Shown here: in pieces, positions 59,261 through 64,000 of the stretch | Numbering within the stretch: position 1 is the first letter of the stretch | Layout of the letters: every line of letters begins with the position of its first letter | From: a virus | IMG/VR virus record: IMGVR_UViG_3300025405_000009 | Coordinates: 32,001 to 96,000 of that record | DNA length: 64,000 bases | Direction: 5' to 3' (one strand) | The notes under the pieces: model-generated | The model's database searches: none | What the model was told of the DNA's origin: nothing | The model's input: only the letters and a program-made list of their open reading frames with translations | Made by a program: the position numbers and the translations under genes

Positions 59261-59406
59261 CGTTTAAACAATTTTTTGTAGAAAAAAAAGTTAAAAGAGA
59301 TCGCTGTTTAAGTAGAGCTGACTCTGTTTACGGCAAAAAAACATCTGCCTATAAGTCTGGAGCAGTTGTTAAATGCCGTCAGGGTAAAATTTGGAAAAAG
59401 AAATGA
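59254..59406 (+). CDS. 50-aa basic protein missing from the ORF track
   Basis: Manual translation MLTFKQFFVEKKVKRDRCLSRADSVYGKKTSAYKSGAVVKCRQGKIWKKK; overlaps both neighbours; CTS-like leader. Confidence 0.7.
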   Translation: MLTFKQFFVEKKVKRDRCLSRADSVYGKKTSAYKSGAVVKCRQGKIWKKK

Positions 59407-59651
59407 AATTTAACGACCTCGTACAGATACTTATTGAAGATTTTTCAAAAGAAAAAAAACAAGGTCTTCATGGTTGGTTTTCACGTAATCACGGACACGG
59501 TTGGATAGATTGTAAGACTGGTAAACCATGCGGCAGACAGAAAGGTGAAAAGCGTAGAAGCTATCCAGCATGTCGTCCGACTAAGGCAATGTGTAATAGT
59601 AGAAAAAATATTAAAAAAAGTTCAAAACGAATTTCTTGGAAGAAAAAATAA
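59403..59651 (+). CDS. Small basic Cys-rich protein (GLHGWF...GWIDC..GKPCGR...YPACRP); start revised to 59403
   Basis: ATGA-type overlap with upstream stop; MKFNDLVQILIE leader. Confidence 0.7.
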   Translation: MKFNDLVQILIEDFSKEKKQGLHGWFSRNHGHGWIDCKTGKPCGRQKGEKRRSYPACRPTKAMCNSRKNIKKSSKRISWKKK

Positions 59652-59655
59652 TATT

Positions 59656-60084
59656 ATGAAAACATTTAAAGAATATGTAAACGGTAGATCAGCTGGTTCA
59701 CCGAATAGACCTATACTAGGTGTCACAGAGATAATTGACATTGAGGGTATTGGTGAAGTAGAAGCAAAGATTGATAGTGGTAATGAAGCTTATAATGTTC
59801 TTCTTGGTTTAGATATAGAACATCACGGTCATGAATGTACATTTACAACTGTAAATGATAAACGTATGACTTTACCCTGTACAGGTAAAGTAGATATTAA
59901 TATTGGAAGTGGTAATATTGAATCTCGTCCAACAGTAGAGCTTAATTTTACTTTACAAGGTAAACATTATACCGGTATCACATTTAGTCTCGCAGATCGA
60001 GCTCAGAATGATCAACCGGTATTAATTGGTGAGCCGTTTGTTAAAAAGATAAACGCTCTTATTGATGTAAAGCAAGGAGACTAA
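59656..60084 (+). CDS. Retropepsin-like aspartic protease (RimK-associated 'ATP-dependent zinc protease' family); start revised to 59656
   Basis: EAKIDSGN catalytic D-S/T-G; ESRPTVEL, FSLADR, PVLIG; leader MKTFKEY. Confidence 0.75.
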   Translation: MKTFKEYVNGRSAGSPNRPILGVTEIIDIEGIGEVEAKIDSGNEAYNVLLGLDIEHHGHECTFTTVNDKRMTLPCTGKVDINIGSGNIESRPTVELNFTLQGKHYTGITFSLADRAQNDQPVLIGEPFVKKINALIDVKQGD

Positions 60085-60731
60085 CTTTTCATATTACTAA
60101 TGAAGTTATAAAATTCAGCTCTTGTAGCTCCATCTTTCATAAAGTCACCACTAAGCTTTGAGGTCTTCATCTCACAACCATCATGCTTAATACCTCTTAG
60201 ACAAGCACATGTATGAGAGGCACTTAACATTACAGCAACACCCTCATTTAATTCACATACTTCATTGATTGCATCATGAATCTGTACAGTTAATCCTTCC
60301 TGAATCTGAGGACGACGTGCATAAAACTCTACAATACGGTTAAGTTTTGATAATCCAATAACTCTACCCTCAGCAGACGGTATATATGCTACGTGGGCAA
60401 CACCTGTAAAGGCAAGATGATGATGGCTACACATTGACTTAACAGGAATACCGCCTTGAAACACCATTCCGTTATATCCATTACTTGGAAATGATGTAAC
60501 CTTAGGAGGTTCATCATAACAACCAGCAGCAAGGTCATTAACAAATGCCTTAGCTACTCTTAACGGTGTTCCAGTACTATTAGGGTCATTACGCCAGTCA
60601 AAACCAAGTGCATCAAGATATGCTTCATAAGCTTTAGCTGCATTTTCAATAATAACTTTCCTCTCTTCAGCAGAATGAGGATGATTTCCGTTAGCAAACT
60701 TTAATTTATACTCTTTTGTATATTCAGACAT
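60081..60731 (-). CDS. folE: GTP cyclohydrolase I (start probably ATG 60731)
   Basis: TPLRVAKA, SMCSHH, GVAHVAYIP, GLSKLNRIVEFYARRPQIQE, HTCACLRG. Confidence 0.96.
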   Translation of the reverse strand: MSEYTKEYKLKFANGNHPHSAEERKVIIENAAKAYEAYLDALGFDWRNDPNSTGTPLRVAKAFVNDLAAGCYDEPPKVTSFPSNGYNGMVFQGGIPVKSMCSHHHLAFTGVAHVAYIPSAEGRVIGLSKLNRIVEFYARRPQIQEGLTVQIHDAINEVCELNEGVAVMLSASHTCACLRGIKHDGCEMKTSKLSGDFMKDGATRAEFYNFISNMKS

Positions 60732-60737
60732 ATACAT

Positions 60738-60765
60738 ATTATACTATCTATTTTCTTACTATCAA
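60738..60765 (-). promoter_or_regulatory. Sigma70-like promoter TTGATA-N16-TATAAT, 6 nt before folE ATG
   Basis: -35 at 60760..60765, -10 at 60738..60743; back-to-back with the late TAAATA at 60769..60774 (+). Confidence 0.7.
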
Positions 60766-60780
60766 CAATAAATATTAATA

Positions 60781-62034
60781 GTGAAATACGAATTAATCAT
60801 TGAAAATAATTTAAAGAAAACAGATCTCAAGCGTGTTCGTATTAAGGTAGATCCAAGTCTTGTACATCAGGCTGAAGATTTATCACAATGCAATGGCTAT
60901 GAAGGATATATCTTAGCAGAAACAGGTGATGTACCCAAAGTTCTTGTTATGAACCCTGATGGTGTATCGTCAGTTATGGATATACCGCAGCAATTCTTAC
61001 AGATGTTGATGTCTGATGAAGAGTCTGAGACTTTACGTGCGTTTAAAGAGTATATTTGTAATATATGTAGTATTGATACTTCCACTCCAGAAGCTGAATT
61101 ACTCTTAAATGCACCTGCTATTGAAGATGTCGAGTCTATTTTAAAAACTGTAGGTTTAACTGATGATGAGTTAAAAATTCTTTATAGAAATTTTATTTCT
61201 GACAATGATGGTACTGTAAATGAAGGTGTATTTACAAATTTACTTAATAAAGCTAAACAAGCAACTGCTGTAAAAATGATTGGTAAGCGTGTTGATGCAG
61301 CAAAAGCTAGCATAAAAGATCCAGGTGCTTGGTTAAGAGGTGCTGGTAAAATTGCTTCAGCTTATGGTGGTGCAAGAATTGGTGGAGCTTTACAGGGCCT
61401 AGGTCAAGAATATACAAATACCAAAAATAAAACAATACAGCAAGCATTTGACAATGCTAATCTCGATGTTAATAAATTTAGAAATTGGTTAATTAATCAA
61501 CCTACTGATCTACCTAAGAAAATATCACCAACCACCGTAACAGATACTGCGACAAAGCGTGAATTACTAAACTTTGGTCGAGGAGGTTATAAGAATTATG
61601 GTATTTCTGATCTTACAAGCTCATTACAAGGTCATAAAGTAGATATGAACAAATTTAATAGTGATTTAAACAATTATATTAAATCATACGCTGAAGAGCC
61701 GAAAGCAAAAACAGTAATTAAGCCTGATGTACCTGAAACACCTACATCAGCTCCAACTCCCACAATAACAACTGGGCCTACTGCAAGAACTCCTGAGGGA
61801 AGCCCCGTACCTGGTCAATCTCGTTTCACAACAGCCGACGGTAAACGTTCTTACCTATTTACTAAAAGCGGTTGGAGTGTATTGGATCCAGCAAATAAAG
61901 GTAAATTACTTACCGATCCTGCTATTCAAAAGAATGCAAACGCACAAAGTAAAAATATTACTGCGCAATGGCAAAAAACATTAAAGATTGTACCAAAACC
62001 TGCGTCAGTACCGACTCCAACACCAGTTAAGTAA
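60781..62034 (+). CDS. Hypothetical late multi-domain protein with Pro/Thr linker
   Basis: 417 aa; TAAATA 6 nt before GTG. Confidence 0.7.
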   Translation: MKYELIIENNLKKTDLKRVRIKVDPSLVHQAEDLSQCNGYEGYILAETGDVPKVLVMNPDGVSSVMDIPQQFLQMLMSDEESETLRAFKEYICNICSIDTSTPEAELLLNAPAIEDVESILKTVGLTDDELKILYRNFISDNDGTVNEGVFTNLLNKAKQATAVKMIGKRVDAAKASIKDPGAWLRGAGKIASAYGGARIGGALQGLGQEYTNTKNKTIQQAFDNANLDVNKFRNWLINQPTDLPKKISPTTVTDTATKRELLNFGRGGYKNYGISDLTSSLQGHKVDMNKFNSDLNNYIKSYAEEPKAKTVIKPDVPETPTSAPTPTITTGPTARTPEGSPVPGQSRFTTADGKRSYLFTKSGWSVLDPANKGKLLTDPAIQKNANAQSKNITAQWQKTLKIVPKPASVPTPTPVK

Positions 62035-62041
62035 CTTTATT

Positions 62042-62221
62042 ATGCCATACAATATACGTAAAGTCAAGGGTGGATATAAAGTTTGTAAAAAAATCGGAAA
62101 TAAGAAGTGTATGCCTGGAAAATCAGTAACAAGAGCTAAAGCTAAGGCTCGCATTTATGCTGCTCATATGAATGAAAATTTTAATGATACTGTAAATCGT
62201 ATTTTAAAGACTTTAATTTAG
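62042..62221 (+). CDS. Small basic protein (MPYNIRKVKGGYKV...KAKARIYAAHMNE)
   Basis: 59 aa from ATG 62042, 7 nt after the upstream stop. Confidence 0.6.
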   Translation: MPYNIRKVKGGYKVCKKIGNKKCMPGKSVTRAKAKARIYAAHMNENFNDTVNRILKTLI

Positions 62222-62330
62222 AGAGTTGCTTTTTTTGTCTAGTGATTAAGTAATATAGAATATATAGAAAATACTGAGCATATCGAAGAAGAGGAGCCAA
62301 AGACAACTTCTATATTTTTTTCAATTTAAG

Positions 62331-62359
62331 TTGATTTACTAAAATATATCAGTTATAAT
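62331..62359 (+). promoter_or_regulatory. Sigma70-like promoter TTGATT-N17-TATAAT, 8 nt before queD ATG
   Basis: -35 at 62331..62336, -10 at 62354..62359. Confidence 0.8.
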
Positions 62360-62367
62360 AAAAATAT

Positions 62368-63102
62368 ATGAGTAATTATCAGTCAACTAAGCTTTTAGAG
62401 TTAGGTTCTTGTGCATTTAGACAATGGAGAGCTACATCACATTGTTCTAAGATTCACGGTTATCAATTACTTGCTAAATTTTATTTTGCTGCTTCATCAT
62501 TAGATGAAAAAAACTGGGTAGTAGATTTTGCTAGTCTTAAAACATTAAAATCTATTCTTCAACATCAATTTGATCATACATTATGTGTAGCTCAAGATGA
62601 TCCTTTATTAGAAACATTTCAATTGCTACATTCTCAAGGAGGTTGTGATCTTCGTATTATGGATTCTGTAGGTATTGAAAAAACTGCTGAGTTTTGTTTT
62701 AATGCTGCAACAAATTGGTTAAAAGAGAATTATGGTGAACGTTGTTGGGTAGAGAAAGTAGAAGTATTTGAGCATGAAGCTAATTCTGCCATTTATGTAA
62801 AACCAAATGTAATTACTCATTCATTTCAAATGCCAACATCATACGGTGGTGTAACACTTTTAAATGAAACAAAGGCAGTTAGTACAGTATCAACACCTGA
62901 TGTCTCAATTCCTGCAACAACTGTAACAGCTGAGATTCCTTCTACAACAGAAACAAATGTTCAGCCAACAGAAACACCAACTTCTATTGAAATTGCTCTA
63001 CTTCCTGATTTGCCTGCAGGACCAACAGGCGTAACTGTTGGTAGAGGTCAGGTAACCCAGGGATGGTCAAATCCATTTGGCGGTACAAGTTGGGGTGTCT
63101 AA
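62368..63102 (+). CDS. queD: 6-carboxytetrahydropterin synthase (QueD/PTPS-like) with ~100-aa Thr/Pro-rich C-terminal extension
   Basis: CAFRQW...HCSKIHGY, WVVDFASLK.LK..L...FDH, GIEKTAE, VEVFEHEANSAIY. Confidence 0.9.
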   Translation: MSNYQSTKLLELGSCAFRQWRATSHCSKIHGYQLLAKFYFAASSLDEKNWVVDFASLKTLKSILQHQFDHTLCVAQDDPLLETFQLLHSQGGCDLRIMDSVGIEKTAEFCFNAATNWLKENYGERCWVEKVEVFEHEANSAIYVKPNVITHSFQMPTSYGGVTLLNETKAVSTVSTPDVSIPATTVTAEIPSTTETNVQPTETPTSIEIALLPDLPAGPTGVTVGRGQVTQGWSNPFGGTSWGV

Positions 63103-63518
63103 TGAACGCCGAGCATATGCAACAAATTTACGGCGGTGAGATAGGTGATTATCTTATACCTGTAAAAATTTTAAATAAAGAAAATACTTCAAGTTTAAAC
63201 CCAGCTGGAGACATAACCAACATTTATACCTCTCAAGTTCAAAATAAAGGTTCTATTGATACGAGTAATCTATTAGTACCTAATATAAATCTTTCATCTC
63301 TAATTGATCAAAGACCACCCGATCCAATGCAGCAAATGCTTAATCAAACATTAACTAAAATTGCTCAAGAGGTAGGTTTAGAAGGTGAACTGAGCGTAAA
63401 TTTTAAAAAGACACCTGAGCTTGTATTACCAAAAGATCAAACACCTGATGATATTAAACAAGCTCAGGATAGTATTGCTGCTGCTTTAGCTGAGCTAAAG
63501 GCTATGGGTGCTGTTTAA
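63102..63518 (+). CDS. Hypothetical protein (start probably ATG 63102, overlapping queD stop)
   Basis: TAATG stop/start overlap. Confidence 0.6.
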   Translation: MNAEHMQQIYGGEIGDYLIPVKILNKENTSSLNPAGDITNIYTSQVQNKGSIDTSNLLVPNINLSSLIDQRPPDPMQQMLNQTLTKIAQEVGLEGELSVNFKKTPELVLPKDQTPDDIKQAQDSIAAALAELKAMGAV

Positions 63519-63999
63519 CAGACATTGTTGTATACATAATGTCTTTAAAGACATGTGTAACATATCTACACAATGCAGAACGTACAATATGATCTTCCGT
63601 TAATTCCACACAATGTACACCATGTGTTTTAGCTTCTTCGGTATCAAAAGCTTTATATACAGCATTGAAACCTGATTTACCATACGGAAGATCCGATTGA
63701 TCAGGATCACCACATATAATCATTTTACTAAACTCACCCATACGAGTTAAAAGTGTTTGAAGTTCACGGGTTGTTAAATTTTGACTTTCATCACAACAAA
63801 TAAATTTTACAGCAAAGTGTAAACCACGTGCAAAGTTAATAGGACAGATTGTTATTCTATTATCTTTATGTAAACGATGAATTTGAGGTTGAATTATAAG
63901 CTCAGAAAATTTTTCATTAAAAGGTGTCATATAAACATTAACTTTTTCATTAATATCACCTGGAAGGTAACCAAGCTTTGAATCTGAACTTTCAACAGC
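63502..63999 (-). CDS. phoH: PhoH-like ATPase (C-terminal part; runs off window end)
   Basis: Frame open to the window edge: AVESSDSKLGYLPGDINEKV; CDESQNLT..EL..LLTRMG..SK..ICGD..QSDL, DIVRS-type motif. Confidence 0.93.
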   Translation of the reverse strand, partial: AVESSDSKLGYLPGDINEKVNVYMTPFNEKFSELIIQPQIHRLHKDNRITICPINFARGLHFAVKFICCDESQNLTTRELQTLLTRMGEFSKMIICGDPDQSDLPYGKSGFNAVYKAFDTEEAKTHGVHCVELTEDHIVRSALCRYVTHVFKDIMYTTMSVKQHP

Positions 64000-64000
64000 T

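Noticed and set aside
62222-62330. preQ1 riboswitch upstream of queD
   Set aside because: No preQ1-I/II consensus, and queD's own promoter lies downstream of this segment, so it would not be in the mRNA
1-64000. Stop-codon reassignment as seen in some large phages
   Set aside because: Core genes are full length under the standard code and end in TAA, TAG or TGA
1-64000. tRNA genes and CRISPR arrays
   Set aside because: Intergenic gaps are nearly all under 60 nt. The only GGTTCGAA-like T-arm match (~57043) is inside a CDS. No spaced direct repeats were seen.

Overview
A 64-kb segment of a large, AT-rich, T4-like myovirus genome (standard genetic code), divergent and strongly reshuffled relative to T4. 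The left half is mostly minus-strand morphogenesis genes: gp4, gp13, portal, baseplate gp6/gp25/gp53/hub, tape measure, tail tube and sheath, gp3 and terminase; gp14 and a probable displaced gp16 lie on the plus strand. The right half holds replication, recombination and late-transcription genes: primase, clamp, SSB, helicase and loader, UvsX/W/Y, PolB, gp46/47 and the gp55 sigma. It also holds a dispersed 7-deazaguanine pathway (folE, queD, queC, a stand-alone class II glutamine amidotransferase), two glycosyltransferases and a partial phoH. Main observations: (1) many genes have their own promoter, either a late TAA(A/G)TA or a sigma70-like TTGAnn-N16/17-TAnnnT, only 5-11 nt before the start codon with no Shine-Dalgarno, implying largely leaderless transcription; (2) about 15 unknown late proteins start with T4 capsid-targeting-like N-termini, including an 858-aa Pol-beta-type nucleotidyltransferase fused to an ATP-dependent ligase-fold domain; (3) the hub-adjacent tail genes carry GH75 chitosanase-like and CHAP-like domains, and no gp5 lysozyme is seen in the window. 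No tRNA, CRISPR array, intein or intron was seen. All family calls come from motif recognition by eye, not database searches.
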